Origin: Enoplolaimus lenunculus
Lineage: Eukaryota
Direction of reading: 5' to 3'
Assembly: GCA_030248215.1 (NCBI GenBank)
Contig: JASANG010002509.1
Location: forward strand, 248,001-312,000
Length of the DNA stretch: 64,000 nucleotides
In this document: one piece after another, positions 63,874 through 64,000 of the stretch
How the letters are laid out: every line of letters starts with the position of its first letter
How positions within the stretch are numbered: the stretch's first letter is position 1
Notes under the pieces: model-generated
Told to the model about the DNA's origin: nothing
Databases searched by the model: none
Seen by the model: the letters and a program-made list of their open reading frames with translations, nothing else
Program-made: the position numbers and the translations under genes

Positions 63874-64000
63874 TAAGTCAAATAATTCACATGGCCCCCT
63901 CAAACCAGAATCGTGGCGCTACGGCCATGAAACTGCATCAGCACTAAGAAATTTGGCTTTTTACCACAAAAGCTAGGCACATGTCTTTGCTCTTTGCAGG

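Overview
Eukaryotic, repeat-dense genomic DNA, very probably from a nematode (TTAGGC repeats, TTTCAG-type splice acceptors, GT-AG introns). Two protein-coding genes are supported. (1) The 5' part of a Dachsous-type giant cadherin on the + strand: five phase-consistent exons (25130-25573, 26333-27763, 36743-36938, 52872-53102, 63283-63510; about 843 codons, signal peptide plus about 7 cadherin repeats) with introns up to about 16 kb, continuing past the window. (2) A complete two-exon OSCP1 orthologue (33516-33104 + 32215-31366, 420 aa) nested antisense inside cadherin intron 2, with a canonical RFX/DAF-19 X-box about 1.6 kb upstream. The rest is non-coding and tiled with short non-autonomous DNA transposons (MITEs), provisionally classified by termini and target-site duplications (TSDs) as Merlin-like, hAT-like, piggyBac-like, PIF/Harbinger-like, P/Galileo-like and TA-targeting. 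No transposase gene is visible. The most unusual structures are: a GGCC-ended, 8-bp-TSD MITE family carrying telomeric TTAGGC repeats (about 20 copies), one copy of which has expanded into a 4.2-kb satellite of 62-bp units; a P-like MITE trimer joined by one shared 7-bp target site; a TTAA-flanked MITE carrying a tRNA-like Pol III promoter; a possible decayed hammerhead ribozyme; a 171-bp inverted repeat; and an 18-bp minisatellite. All assignments were made by eye without database searches.
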